From an uncultured Erysipelotrichaceae bacterium (GTDB taxonomy: Bacteria > Bacillota_I > Bacilli_A > Erysipelotrichales > Erysipelotrichaceae): a DNA stretch of 64,000 bases. Below are positions 20,214 to 31,093 of this stretch, one piece after another. Location: contig CAYTMK010000001.1 of NCBI GenBank assembly GCA_964438885.1, positions 15,876 to 79,875 of the forward strand, written 5' to 3'. The notes beneath the pieces were generated by a model, which was given only the letters and a program-made list of their open reading frames with translations, was not told where the DNA came from and searched no databases. How positions within the stretch are numbered: position 1 is the stretch's first letter; each line of letters starts with the position of its first letter. The position numbers were made by a program, and so were the translations under genes.

Positions 20214-20990
20214 TTAACGATTGGAAAGCTTTCCAATAAATTCTTGAACGCGCAACTTAGGAGAAGCAAACAACTCTTCTGGAGTTCCCTGATCGACAAT
20301 TTCACCATGTTCAATGAAGATGATACGATCCGATACTTCTTTGGCAAAGTCTAATTCATGGGTAACAATCACCATGGTCATGTGTTCATCAGCAAGTTGT
20401 TTCAAAACTTTCAATACATCGGCAGTAAGCTCTGGATCAAGAGCCGAAGTCGGCTCATCCAAGAAGAGGATTTCTGGCCGTAGAGCCAAAGCTCTGGCTA
20501 CACTTACCCGCTGCTGTTGTCCTCCAGAAAGTTCACAAGGATACGCCTTTTCTTTATCGGCTAAGCCAAATTGAGCAAGCAGCTTTCGAGCATTTTCAAC
20601 GGCTTGGATTTTATCGACTTTTTGAACCCGAATAGGCGCATCAATCACATTTTTCAGCACCGAATAATGGGGAAAGAGGTTGAAGTTTTGAAAGACAAGG
20701 CCAAAATAGCGATGGACTTTTTGAAGTTGAGCCGCAGAACCATATATTGAATCTCCATTGGCTCCATCCTTTGCCTGACAAGCATATTCATCGCAATAGA
20801 CTAAAGATCCCCCATCCATAGTTTCAAGTAAGGTGGCACAGCGAAGCAAAGTCGATTTGCCAGACCCAGAAGGACCAATGATGGAAACAATTTCGCCTCG
20901 TTTTACTTCTAAAGAAACATCTTTCAAGACTTGGTTATCCCCAAAGGCTTTGCGCATATGAGAAATTTGCAACAATGTATCATTTTCCAT
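20214..20990 (-). CDS. Polar amino acid ABC transporter ATPase
   Basis: GPSGSGKS, LSGGQQQR, DEPTSALD. Confidence 0.9.
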   Translation of the reverse strand: MENDTLLQISHMRKAFGDNQVLKDVSLEVKRGEIVSIIGPSGSGKSTLLRCATLLETMDGGSLVYCDEYACQAKDGANGDSIYGSAAQLQKVHRYFGLVFQNFNLFPHYSVLKNVIDAPIRVQKVDKIQAVENARKLLAQFGLADKEKAYPCELSGGQQQRVSVARALALRPEILFLDEPTSALDPELTADVLKVLKQLADEHMTMVIVTHELDFAKEVSDRIIFIEHGEIVDQGTPEELFASPKLRVQEFIGKLSNR

Positions 20991-21007
20991 TTTAAGTTGC
21001 CTCCTCT

Positions 21008-21658
21008 CTAAGCGCGATAATAGGAATAATGTTTTTCAATGCGATCCATAACCACGCTGACCAACAAGTTGAAGACATAATAGTAAAGCCCCGCCATTAA
21101 AAGGGGAACGATCGTCGCCTGGGCAGCGGCAAGTTGCTTAGCCACCGTAAACATTTCGGTTACCGCAATCGCAAAGGCTAATGAGGTATCTTTCACTAGA
21201 GTTATGATTTCGTTGGTAATGGAAGGCAAAACTTGTTTTAAAAGCTGCGGCAAAATGATGTGAAAAAAAGTTTGGCCTTTAGAATAGCCAAGGACTTTTG
21301 CCGCTTCATATTGGCCTTTGGGCATGGCTTGTAAGCCACTGCGATAAATTTCTGCAAAGTAAGCAGCATAGTTTAAAGAAAAGGCAATGATTACTGCAAT
21401 AAAGCGATAGCTTGAACCCACTCGAATACGAAATAAGTAATAAGGGCCAAAATACACAATAATCAATTGCAACATTAAAGGTGTTCCACGCATGACCGAA
21501 ATATAGAAACTCGTAAGAGAACTGAGAATCTTATTTTTAGACATTCGCCCGAATGCGATCACCATTCCCATAGGCATCGAAAACAACAACGTTAAGCCAA
21601 AAATTTCAAGAGAAGTAATTAAACCTTGGGCTAAATCTAAGAAATTTTTTAAGTCCAT
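21008..21658 (-). CDS. Polar amino acid ABC transporter permease
   Basis: RGTPL, AYFAEIYRSG, KDTSL. Confidence 0.9.
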   Translation of the reverse strand: MDLKNFLDLAQGLITSLEIFGLTLLFSMPMGMVIAFGRMSKNKILSSLTSFYISVMRGTPLMLQLIIVYFGPYYLFRIRVGSSYRFIAVIIAFSLNYAAYFAEIYRSGLQAMPKGQYEAAKVLGYSKGQTFFHIILPQLLKQVLPSITNEIITLVKDTSLAFAIAVTEMFTVAKQLAAAQATIVPLLMAGLYYYVFNLLVSVVMDRIEKHYSYYRA

Positions 21659-21664
21659 ATTCGA

Positions 21665-22507
21665 TTACTCAGCATATTGATCAATGATCAAAGAATCGGC
21701 TAAATTATAGTCTTTATATTTTTCGGCTAATTCGGCGACTGTTCCGTTTTTATACAAAATGTAGATATCTTCTTGGACTTCATCCTTTAAATCCGTATTT
21801 CCTAATAAAAAGCCTACAGCGTATTGTTCGGTGGATAAGGTTTGATCCAATTTTTTAAAGAGATCAGGGCGATTGGCTAAATTATATTGAGCCACTCCAA
21901 GGTCTAAAGCAATCGCATCAATTCCTCCTGCCTCTAAGTCCATAAAAGCGGTATTGTAATCTCCATATTGGCGAAGTTCTGCAAAACTTTCGGTAAGGGC
22001 AGCGTTTTCTTCCTCTTCAAGAGCAGCTAAAGCAGAGGATTCTTTTTGAACGCCAACATTTTTGCCCGCTAAGTCTTCTGGTGAATTGATATCAGAATCG
22101 GCCCGCACTACAAATACCTGAGAGTTATCAATATAGGGCGTGGTAAAAGTATATTGATCTTCACGACCGGTCATTGTAAAGCCATTCCAAATGCAATCAA
22201 TGGTACCACTTGAAAGTTCCATATCTTTAGCATCCCAGTCGATTGGTTGTTTTACCAAGGTCCAACCTTCTAAATCCGCTACGGCCTGAGCCATTTCCAA
22301 ATCAAATCCTGTATATTCCCCGTTTTCATCCTTATAGCCATATGGAGGGAACTCTGCATCAAAGCCTACGATAAAAGTTGTTCGTTCTCCACTTGTGCTA
22401 GTCGTCGTGCTTGTACTTGTGGTAGAGCTCGTTGAATCTTTTGAGCATCCAGTGGTCATCAAAAGAGCTGCACCCAAAAATGGGAGGGCAAGATGTTTTA
22501 ATTTCAT
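21665..22507 (-). CDS. Polar amino acid ABC transporter substrate-binding lipoprotein
   Basis: Start moved to MKLKH after RBS AAGGAG; lipobox TTGC; GFDAEFPPYG, GFDLE, IWNGFT. Confidence 0.9.
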   Translation of the reverse strand: MKLKHLALPFLGAALLMTTGCSKDSTSSTTSTSTTTSTSGERTTFIVGFDAEFPPYGYKDENGEYTGFDLEMAQAVADLEGWTLVKQPIDWDAKDMELSSGTIDCIWNGFTMTGREDQYTFTTPYIDNSQVFVVRADSDINSPEDLAGKNVGVQKESSALAALEEEENAALTESFAELRQYGDYNTAFMDLEAGGIDAIALDLGVAQYNLANRPDLFKKLDQTLSTEQYAVGFLLGNTDLKDEVQEDIYILYKNGTVAELAEKYKDYNLADSLIIDQYAE

Positions 22508-22854
22508 AGTTTTCTCCTTATCTCTTTTTGGATGGTCCTTCGCTAAAATTGCCTCAACGCTAGACCATCGTTTAAACAAATTGTCACAAAATTGCAACAA
22601 AATCTTAGCAAACCAAAAGAGAAGGGGTCAATAAAGCCTAAAAACTCGCTTTCAAAAAGTTCGCAATCATTTTTAAAGTAGGGGAAAAAGTTTCATTTTT
22701 TTCTGAAAGTTTAAAATGAATTTTTGTTGAAAAGCCACTCTTTCGTCTTGAAAAAAGTGGTCTTATAAAAAGTGAGAAAAACTTGGGCCTAAACTTTTAA
22801 GCTTAGGCTGAATACAACTCCAGTCCCAAACAATTTTTCTATCTCTAAAAAAGC

Positions 22855-23249
22855 AAAAAAAAGGAAGACCTTAGTCTTCCCAGATAAAAGAGTTCAATAT
22901 GACATTCAATAAGAACCTATGATTCTTTGGAAATATTATGGTTTGATCAATTAGGCTTTCCTTTGAATGGTCTTCCTCTTGATTATACAGTTCATTTTTC
23001 GCAACCTTTCTTCTTTTGGAAGCCAAAAGGGAGGTCAGGCTGAAATCTCAGAGATTGGCTCAACCAAATCTCTTTATATTTATTCTTTTTATCTTCTATT
23101 CCTTCTAATTTGATCCAGAACCTGACAATTATGAATTTGTCTGGGCTCCTTCGAAGACGATTTTTCATGCGTCTACAAAAGAAAAAATAAGTTGCATGAA
23201 GCTATAAAAATCATCTATTCTTGTGTAAAAAATATATATTTTCACAAGC
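22855..23249 (-). ncRNA. Candidate ~395-nt structured non-coding RNA
   Basis: Promoter TTGACT-N17-TAAGCT with TG extension (23284-23256); terminator GGAAGAC-taag-GTCTTCC-T8 (22880-22855); several hairpins; no ORF of 60 aa or more. Confidence 0.4.
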
Positions 23250-23405
23250 TTAGATAGCTTAACAGGATAAAAATGGAAAGTCAACATCTTTTTTATAATT
23301 TTAAGCTACTTTTTTATCTTGATTTTACTGAAAAGTTAGAATCTTTTCTCATTTGGTCACAATAAAAAAGCAGGAGGGAAGAGATCCATCCTGCTTTCAG
23401 TGCGA

Positions 23406-25109
23406 TTAAACACCCGTAATTTCTGCCATCGCTTTTTGGTAAATGGCTGTTTTTTCTTTGGCATCCTCATGATCGGTGCCACGTACGCAATAATAGAACT
23501 TGCATTTTGGTTCGGTTCCAGAAGGACGAACCGCAATCCAGCTACCATCTTCCAAGAAGTATTTTAAAACGTCAGATTTTACGAAACCTTCAAGAGGTTT
23601 GGTTTCACCATTTTCTTTGATGACAGCTTCATTGAAGTCCTCAAAGCGAATAACAGGTACACCCGCAATCTCTTTGAGTTCATCTTGACGAAGATCCGTT
23701 AAAATCTTTTGAATTCTCTTAGCACCCGCTTCACCTTCAAGTTCCACAGCCACTTGACTTTCTTCATAAGTGCCATGTTTTTCATAAAGCTCTTCTAAGA
23801 CATCCACTAAGTCTTTTCCTTGATCTTTGTAGTAAGCTGCAGCTTCGGCAAGCATTAAGCAAGCTTGAGGAGCATCTTTATCGCGAACGAAAGGTTTAAT
23901 CAAAGATCCATAGGATTCTTCATAGCCAAATACATAGTTTTTCTGATGATTTTGTTCATACTTCGCTACTTTTTCGCCGATGAATTTGAAACCGGTCAAT
24001 GTTTTTTCAGTTTCAACTCCATGGGATTCAGCTACTTTTTCTCCTAAATCCGAGGTAACAACCGTGTTAAACATAACAGGGTTTTCAGGCATAATGCCTT
24101 TCTTTTCCATCTGATCTAGAATGTATTCAAGTAAAACTGCACCGGATTGGTTTCCAGTCATGACGACGTATTCGCCATTGTGTTTTACTCCAACCCCCAT
24201 ACGGTCTGCATCAGGATCGCAAACTAAGATGATGTCCGCATCGTTTTTCTTAGCATAATCCAAAGCCAATTCATAAGCACCAGATTGTTCTGGGTTTGGA
24301 GTAGGCGTATTGGAGAATTCAGGATCTGGAGTACATTGCTCTAAAACAGGAATGCATTCATAACCCGTTTCTTCATAGATGGTCCGTACAGGAACATTTG
24401 CGGTACCGTGTTCTGGAGAGAATACGATGCTGATGTTCTTTTCAATTTCTGGATTCAGTTGGATGCCTTTAACTGCTTCATAGTAAGGGCGATCAACGTC
24501 TTCGCCAATGACTGTAACAAGTTCTTCACGCACATCATCTGGAATTTCAGAAGAGATTGCCAATTCGTCGTCAATAGCATTGACTTTTTCGATGACTTTT
24601 TCGGCTAAGCTTGGAATAAGCTGGCAACCTTTAGAATCATAAAGTTTGTAACCATTGTATTGTTTCGGGTTATGGCTAGCGGTAATCATGATTCCACCAA
24701 AGCAACCAAGATGACGAACCGCAAAGCTTAATTCAGGAGTAGGACGGAGGCTTTCAAATACATAAGCTTTGATACCGTTTTTGGCCAATAAGTCTGCACA
24801 ATCAAAGGCAAGCTCTTTGGACATATGACGGTTGTCATAAGAAATGGCGATTCCTTCTTCACAAGCTTTGGGGCCATTTTCTTTAATGTAATCCGCAAAA
24901 CCTTGAGTGGCTTTACGAATGGTATGAATGTTGATGCGGTTGGTACCAGGACCAAGCAACCCTCTCATACCAGCCGTTCCAAATTGAATGGTAGTATAGA
25001 ATGCATCATTTTTTTCTTCGGGAGACATACTCTCCAATGTTTCGGTATAACGTGAATCGAGATTGGGGCTGTTGATCCACTTTTCGTAGCGCTCGTCTAC
25101 AATCGACAT
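23406..25109 (-). CDS. pgm: Phosphoglucomutase/phosphomannomutase
   Basis: FGTAGMRG, ITASHNP, DPDADR, GYEESYG, RPSGTEPK. Confidence 0.92.
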   Translation of the reverse strand: MSIVDERYEKWINSPNLDSRYTETLESMSPEEKNDAFYTTIQFGTAGMRGLLGPGTNRINIHTIRKATQGFADYIKENGPKACEEGIAISYDNRHMSKELAFDCADLLAKNGIKAYVFESLRPTPELSFAVRHLGCFGGIMITASHNPKQYNGYKLYDSKGCQLIPSLAEKVIEKVNAIDDELAISSEIPDDVREELVTVIGEDVDRPYYEAVKGIQLNPEIEKNISIVFSPEHGTANVPVRTIYEETGYECIPVLEQCTPDPEFSNTPTPNPEQSGAYELALDYAKKNDADIILVCDPDADRMGVGVKHNGEYVVMTGNQSGAVLLEYILDQMEKKGIMPENPVMFNTVVTSDLGEKVAESHGVETEKTLTGFKFIGEKVAKYEQNHQKNYVFGYEESYGSLIKPFVRDKDAPQACLMLAEAAAYYKDQGKDLVDVLEELYEKHGTYEESQVAVELEGEAGAKRIQKILTDLRQDELKEIAGVPVIRFEDFNEAVIKENGETKPLEGFVKSDVLKYFLEDGSWIAVRPSGTEPKCKFYYCVRGTDHEDAKEKTAIYQKAMAEITGV

Positions 25110-25333
25110 AAATTCACCCTCCATAGTCGAAGAAATTATAGCACCTTTCTGTAAGGGCTTCCTCTATCTTTGCTTTATCCAAATTGAGTCGAAAAAGGAT
25201 TGCAAGGAGTAGGAAAGGAAAAATAGCCATTGGCCTAGACTTAAGCCAAAAATTTATAAATCTAGATTCTATTCATTCAGGGTATAGAAAAAGCCCTGAT
25301 TTTCAGGGCTTTTTAAACGGAGTTTTTGAGTTA

Positions 25334-25600
25334 TTATTCAATAACTTTTTGAGCGCGAAGAGCGTCAACGATAGCTTGGATTGCTTGTTCTTCGTCATCA
25401 CCAGTAGCGGAGATTACGATTTCAGCTTGTGTAGGGATACCAAGGGACATAACACCCATGATGGATTTCATGTTCACTTCGCGACCTTTGAAAGCAACGT
25501 TCACGTCAGATTTGCATTTGTTGGCTGCGTTTACAGCAACGGTTGCTGGACGAGCGTGGAGTCCTACTGGATCGATAACTTTAACTGTAGCTTGTTTCAT
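25334..25600 (-). CDS. ptsH: Phosphocarrier protein HPr
   Basis: GLHARPA (His15), NMKSIMGVMSLG (Ser46). Confidence 0.95.
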   Translation of the reverse strand: MKQATVKVIDPVGLHARPATVAVNAANKCKSDVNVAFKGREVNMKSIMGVMSLGIPTQAEIVISATGDDEEQAIQAIVDALRAQKVIE

Positions 25601-25721
25601 AATAAGTTTCCTCCGAATCTTTTTACACTCTAATTTTAGTGCATTCTTTTGATTTTACAACTCTGAAGTACTTCCTTTGAAAAGAAAAGTAAGGACTTTC
25701 ATAATTATTCATCTTGGATAT

Positions 25722-26174
25722 TTATTTCTTACCTTTTTCCACTATAGCTGGATCGGCCGTAAAGGTCTCTGAAGAAAATACAGAAATTCCCTTTGATTTA
25801 AGTAATTTGGTAAAAACGCCATCTCCCTCGATGAGTGTAGATGAAAACGTTCCATCGTAAATTTTGCCACATCCACAACTTGGTGAGCGCTCTTGCAAAA
25901 TTGCGACTTGACACCCTTGTTCTTCTAAAAGAGCAAGTGCTTTTTTAGCCCCTTGTTCGAAAGCTTCACTTACATCCTGACCAAGGGTGTTGATCACTTT
26001 TCCTTTCGAGATCTCGCTTGGTGCCCGAGGTGTCGACAATCCACCTAAGACTTCCGGACAGACGGGCACAAGCGTATGGTGCTCTTGTAAAGCCGCTACT
26101 TGTTTTTTATAACAACCCGTAGCGTTGTATCGACATGGCTTACCTAAAAGGCAAGCACTTACCGCAATGTTCAA
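25722..26174 (-). CDS. DUF523 family (2-thiouracil desulfurase-like)
   Basis: SACLLG.PCRY, VCPEVLGGL, RSPSCG. Confidence 0.85.
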   Translation of the reverse strand: MNIAVSACLLGKPCRYNATGCYKKQVAALQEHHTLVPVCPEVLGGLSTPRAPSEISKGKVINTLGQDVSEAFEQGAKKALALLEEQGCQVAILQERSPSCGCGKIYDGTFSSTLIEGDGVFTKLLKSKGISVFSSETFTADPAIVEKGKK

Positions 26175-26184
26175 AAAGCCCTTT

Positions 26185-27621
26185 CTACATCAAAGTGCTG
26201 TACATGCGGTTATAGATTTCAGCAGAATTTTGCCAAGATACATCCTTGTTCATCGCATTCATCTGCAAAATCTTCCAGTCTTCAGGCCGATTGTAGTACA
26301 CATCAATAGCTGTATTGAGAGTGTTCATCATTTCGTCTGAACTGTAATTGGCAAAGCTAAATCCATCTCCCGACTTGTCGTACTGGTTATAAGGGGTAAC
26401 TGTATCCTTTAAACCACCGGTTTCTCGAACAAGAGGCAAGGTTCCATAGCGTAAAGAACAAAGTTGAGACAATCCACAAGGTTCAAACAAAGAAGGCATC
26501 AAGAATAAGTCAGACCCCGCATAAATGCGGTGCGCTAAATTTTCATTGTAGCCTTGATAGAAGCAAACTTTTCCCTTGTGTTCGTTTTCCATATTCCGGA
26601 AAGCATTTTGAATATCCGCTTCCCCAGTGCCTAAAATCGCCAACTGAATAGGTGCATTGGCCAATTCGTTGAACTTTTCAAGCATTAAGTAAAAGCCTTT
26701 TTGATACGTTAATCGGGAAACTACACCGACAAGCATGACATTTGGATTCACTTCTAAACCGAGTTCTCTTTGTAAAGCAGCTTTATCTTCAGCTTTTCCA
26801 CGAGACATCGTGATTTTATTGTAGTGAGAAGGAAGGGCGGGATCGGTGTTTGGATTCCAGTTGTCGATATCGATACCATTGACGATACCCCAAAGATCAT
26901 AGCGGCGCATATTCAATACACCTTCCATATGTTCGCCATATTGGGGAGTCAAAATTTCCTGCGAATAAGTAGGGGATACAGTTGTGATTTTATCCGCATA
27001 TAAAATGCCAGACTTCATAAAGGAAACGCCGCCATCAAAACGAATGTTTCCGTTATCCAGCAAATAGTAAGGAAGGCCAAGACAAGAATCGGTCATTTCA
27101 GGACCAAAGTTACCTTGGAATAATAAGTTGTGAATGGTGTACACAAACTTAATGGAAGAATAACGCGAATCGCTAGAATGCGTTTCTTTCACCATACAAG
27201 GAATCATACCCGTTTGCCAATCGTGGCAATGGATGATATTCGGCCAATAATTGAGCTGATTTAACATCTCAATAGCAGCCTTTTGGAAGTAAGCAAAACG
27301 TTCTCCATCGTCTTGATAGCCATAAAGCGCATCCCGTTCAAAATACCCTTGATGTTGAACAAAGAAGTAGGCCACTTTACCGATGGTTTGCGAATAAATT
27401 GTAACGGGGACTTCACGATAGTTGATGTTCACCGAATAGCTAGCACACCAAGTTAAGTCTTTGAAGTTATTTTCGGCGATCTTCTTATAAAGAGGCAAAA
27501 CGACTTTCACTTCATGACCCATTTCTGCTAGAGCCTGAGGCAAAGATCCGATAACATCCGCTAATCCACCCGTTTTAACGAAAGGTAACCCTTCCGCTGC
27601 AGCCATTAGGATGGATGCCAT
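26185..27621 (-). CDS. glgA: Glycogen synthase
   Basis: KTGGLADV, HCHDWQT, PSLFEPCGL. Confidence 0.95.
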   Translation of the reverse strand: MASILMAAAEGLPFVKTGGLADVIGSLPQALAEMGHEVKVVLPLYKKIAENNFKDLTWCASYSVNINYREVPVTIYSQTIGKVAYFFVQHQGYFERDALYGYQDDGERFAYFQKAAIEMLNQLNYWPNIIHCHDWQTGMIPCMVKETHSSDSRYSSIKFVYTIHNLLFQGNFGPEMTDSCLGLPYYLLDNGNIRFDGGVSFMKSGILYADKITTVSPTYSQEILTPQYGEHMEGVLNMRRYDLWGIVNGIDIDNWNPNTDPALPSHYNKITMSRGKAEDKAALQRELGLEVNPNVMLVGVVSRLTYQKGFYLMLEKFNELANAPIQLAILGTGEADIQNAFRNMENEHKGKVCFYQGYNENLAHRIYAGSDLFLMPSLFEPCGLSQLCSLRYGTLPLVRETGGLKDTVTPYNQYDKSGDGFSFANYSSDEMMNTLNTAIDVYYNRPEDWKILQMNAMNKDVSWQNSAEIYNRMYSTLM

Positions 27622-28754
27622 TATATGATCTCCCTTCTACCAATGTAGAGAGGTTCACCTTCATAGCCAGAGATTTCCGTCTTGTGAATTAATTTAGCGT
27701 CTTTATCAACAATTAAATTTGTCAACATGACATTCTCGCCGACTTCAACGCCTGGCAAAATGAGGCAATTGGTTACAATCGCACCAGCTCCTACTTTGAC
27801 ACCACGGCCAAGGATAGAGTCTGTAACCGTACCACTAATTTCGCAACCGTTGGAGATTAAAGCGCTTTCAGCCGTGCCGTTACCAAGGTAAATCGTAGGA
27901 GGAGAATCATTGGTACGGGTATAGATTGGCCAATTTGGGTCGTTGAAGAAAGCCATATTGCGTTCTTGCAACATTTCCATATTGGAATTGAAATAACTAT
28001 TGATATCCAAAATTGGGAAGACAGGATAAGTATAGGGAATTTCGTTAATTTTGATCTTGTCTTGACCAAGGAGACAAGTCAGCATCTCAGTCATGGTGAA
28101 TAAGGGGGAATAATCATGAGCCATGTTGAGAAGTTCAACGAATTTTTCTTTAGACATAATGTAAGTATCTAAAGAAACGTCAAGAACCGCATCGCTTTGA
28201 CCGATATAGGGAGTAATACCTGTTAATTTACCCTCTTTATGGGTCAACAAATTGGCATTGAGTAAATACATTGGGGTTTCGGTGCTATCAAAGTGTTTGC
28301 TTAAAACGGAAACATCCGCTTTAGAGTCAATGTGTTGAGCCAGCAAATCACTGTAGTTGGCTTTATAAACCCAGTTTACAGGAGCAATGATCACATAATC
28401 ATTGGTGTTATCAGTGATTTCGTGAAGATTGTTGTAGTAAGCAGCTAAGTCCGAAACATATTCCGCTTCCCGTCCTGTGGCCATAACTGGAATGATGGAA
28501 ATATGACCATGTTTGTTGTTGATGTTGTAGTGTCTTGCGCTACCAATGTGATCAAATAAAACCTTTGGATTTCCATTGGTATACACTTCAATATTTTGCA
28601 ACCCAGAATTGGTCATATTGGAAATTGGAATGTCCACTAAACGATACCGTCCTACATAGGAGAAAGCGGCCATAGGACGATAGTTTGAAATGCCTTTAAC
28701 AAAAATCGAAGGGCCAGTAAAGGAAATAATACCTAGAGCGTTTACGTTTGGCAT
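27621..28754 (-). CDS. glgD: ADP-glucose pyrophosphorylase GlgD subunit
   Basis: GRYRLVD, IYTRTNDSPPT; lies between glgC and glgA. Confidence 0.88.
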   Translation of the reverse strand: MPNVNALGIISFTGPSIFVKGISNYRPMAAFSYVGRYRLVDIPISNMTNSGLQNIEVYTNGNPKVLFDHIGSARHYNINNKHGHISIIPVMATGREAEYVSDLAAYYNNLHEITDNTNDYVIIAPVNWVYKANYSDLLAQHIDSKADVSVLSKHFDSTETPMYLLNANLLTHKEGKLTGITPYIGQSDAVLDVSLDTYIMSKEKFVELLNMAHDYSPLFTMTEMLTCLLGQDKIKINEIPYTYPVFPILDINSYFNSNMEMLQERNMAFFNDPNWPIYTRTNDSPPTIYLGNGTAESALISNGCEISGTVTDSILGRGVKVGAGAIVTNCLILPGVEVGENVMLTNLIVDKDAKLIHKTEISGYEGEPLYIGRREII

Positions 28755-28755
28755 T

Positions 28756-29892
28756 TTATTGCGCTCCTTTCACATCTGCCGCAACCAGATCGATTTTCTC
28801 AGAATCAGGAGAACCAACTACGCAATTTTCGCCAATCACAACTTTATCGGCAACGATTGCGCGGTAAACTTTTGCACCTTTTTCAATAACTACACCTGGC
28901 ATTAATACAGATTCGTATACTTCTGCCCCTTCATCAATCGTTACGCCATTGAACAGTACGCTATCTTTTACATAGCCACGAATTACAGCGCCTTGGTTGA
29001 TGTAGCAGTGTTCCACTTTACCTGTTTTGGAAACGTATTGTGGCAAAACAGGAATATCAGCGGTATAAATTTTCCACTCTTTGTCCCCCAAATCGAGTTG
29101 ATCATTGTGATTGATCAAATCCATGTTGGCTTCCCAAAGAGAATCGATTGTTCCAACATCTTTCCAATACCCATTGAAGTTGTAAGCAAACAAACGTTTA
29201 TTTTCGTTCAAAAGGTTTGGAATGATATTTTTACCAAAATCATGGTCTGTATCTTGTTTAGCATCTTCAACGAGAGATTGACGAAGCAAAGGCCAATCGA
29301 AGATATAAATACCCATAGAAGCTAAATTGGATTTGGGTTCGGCCGGTTTTTCTTGGAATTCAAGAATACGATTGGTCATATCGGTATTCATAATTCCAAA
29401 TCGAGGAGCTTCTTCCCAAGGTACAGGACGCACTGCAACGGTTAAATCAGCATTGTTTTTGCGATGATCGGCCAACATTTTGTCATAATCCATTTTATAA
29501 ATGTGGTCGCCAGAAAGAATTAAAACGTATTCTGGATCAAATTCATCGATAAAGTCGATATTTTGATAAATCGCATCAGCTGTCCCTTTATAGACCCCAA
29601 AGTTTGTACCATCTTTTTCACTTGGGGGTAAAACGTAAACACCACTACCACGGGTATCTAAGCCCCAACGTTGGCCAGCTCCGGCATAAGCGTTGAGCTG
29701 AACGGGTTCGTACTGCGTTAAAACACCAACAACATTGATATTGGAGTTTGCGCAGTTGCTGAGGGGAAAATCGATGATGCGATACTTGCCGCCAAAATAG
29801 ACAGCAGGTTTGGCAGTCTTGTTTGTCAGGTCATACAAACGAGTGCCACGCCCGCCAGCCAAAATCATGGCGAGCATATTGTTGTTTTCCAT
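28756..29892 (-). CDS. glgC: Glucose-1-phosphate adenylyltransferase
   Basis: [42 protein letters not shown]. Confidence 0.95.
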   Translation of the reverse strand: MENNNMLAMILAGGRGTRLYDLTNKTAKPAVYFGGKYRIIDFPLSNCANSNINVVGVLTQYEPVQLNAYAGAGQRWGLDTRGSGVYVLPPSEKDGTNFGVYKGTADAIYQNIDFIDEFDPEYVLILSGDHIYKMDYDKMLADHRKNNADLTVAVRPVPWEEAPRFGIMNTDMTNRILEFQEKPAEPKSNLASMGIYIFDWPLLRQSLVEDAKQDTDHDFGKNIIPNLLNENKRLFAYNFNGYWKDVGTIDSLWEANMDLINHNDQLDLGDKEWKIYTADIPVLPQYVSKTGKVEHCYINQGAVIRGYVKDSVLFNGVTIDEGAEVYESVLMPGVVIEKGAKVYRAIVADKVVIGENCVVGSPDSEKIDLVAADVKGAQ

Positions 29893-30298
29893 TAGTTTTC
29901 CTCCTGAATTTCAACTGTGATTATAGCACTTACATTTAGAGCTTTTAAAATCACTCTTTCGTTTTGTCAAATTCGGATTTATCTATTCCTTCTCTATTAC
30001 TTTAGCCGATTTTTTGGAAATTGTCGGCTTTATTTAAAAGTGAAAGCCGTTTCCCTACAATTTATCTTCATTTTCTCTGTGAAATTTCATTTTCTAAACT
30101 ATAGAGGGGCTTTTTTTCTTTAGGTACCTCTCCTTCATCAATAGAATAGTTTTCTTTTTTTCCTGTGTCTTTTTTCATGATCTAGAACTCACAAAATTTT
30201 TAATGCTAAGTTGTCCTTCTCTTTTTTACGCTTGTTTTTACTCTTGCTCTTCTTTAAAAAAAAACTCTGAACAAATCTCTTTGTTCAGAGTGAAAAAT

Positions 30299-31093
30299 TT
30301 AGATTAACACAGCGCGATCATCGGAAAATTCTTGCCCCGCAGCCTCTTTAAATTTCTGATGTAAATCTTCAACCGTTAAAGCAGCTTTTTCTTGGCCTGA
30401 TACGTCAAAAATGATTTTCCCATCATACATCATGATCAACCGATTTCCTAAACGAATCGCATCTTTCATATTATGAGTAATCATTAAAGTCGTTAAATTG
30501 TCTTTTTCAACAATTCGTTTTGTTAAATCTAAAACCTTTTTCGCAGTCAGAGGATCAAGAGCAGCGGTATGTTCATCCAATAACAAGAGTTCCGGTTTTT
30601 TGAGTGAAGCCATTAAAAGAGTTAAAGCTTGCCGCTGTCCACCAGAAAGTAAGCCCATTTTTGTATGAAGCCGATCTTCTAAGCCTAAACCAAGAGGAGC
30701 CAACAAATCATGATAGCGTTGTTGCTCATCTTTGCTTTGTCCCCAACGTAGAGTGCGGACTTTCCCACGACGCGTCGCAAAGGCTAAGTTTTCACTGATT
30801 TCCATATCCGCTGCGGTTCCTCGTAAAGGATCTTGAAAGACACGGCCAATATACGCCGCTCGCTTATGCTCGGGAAGCAAAGAAATGTCTTTATTATCCA
30901 AAATGATTTTCCCGCAATCAGGAGGATATACACCTGCAATGAGGTTTAAAAGAGTGGATTTTCCCGCCCCATTTCCTCCTATAACCGTTACAAATTGTCC
31001 ATCTTCAATGACTAAGTTTAAATCGCGAATCGCTTTTTTCTCTGTTACAGTCCCCGGATTGAAGGTTTTGGACACATGTTTGATTTCAAGCAT
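30299..31093 (-). CDS. ABC transporter ATPase
   Basis: GGNGAGKS, LSGGQRQ, DEHTAALDP. Confidence 0.9.
   Translation of the reverse strand: MLEIKHVSKTFNPGTVTEKKAIRDLNLVIEDGQFVTVIGGNGAGKSTLLNLIAGVYPPDCGKIILDNKDISLLPEHKRAAYIGRVFQDPLRGTAADMEISENLAFATRRGKVRTLRWGQSKDEQQRYHDLLAPLGLGLEDRLHTKMGLLSGGQRQALTLLMASLKKPELLLLDEHTAALDPLTAKKVLDLTKRIVEKDNLTTLMITHNMKDAIRLGNRLIMMYDGKIIFDVSGQEKAALTVEDLHQKFKEAAGQEFSDDRAVLI

Noticed and set aside
22855-23249. RNase P, tmRNA or T-box
   Set aside because: Lacks GAGGAAAGUCC, tRNA-like ends and a UGGNACC antiterminator.
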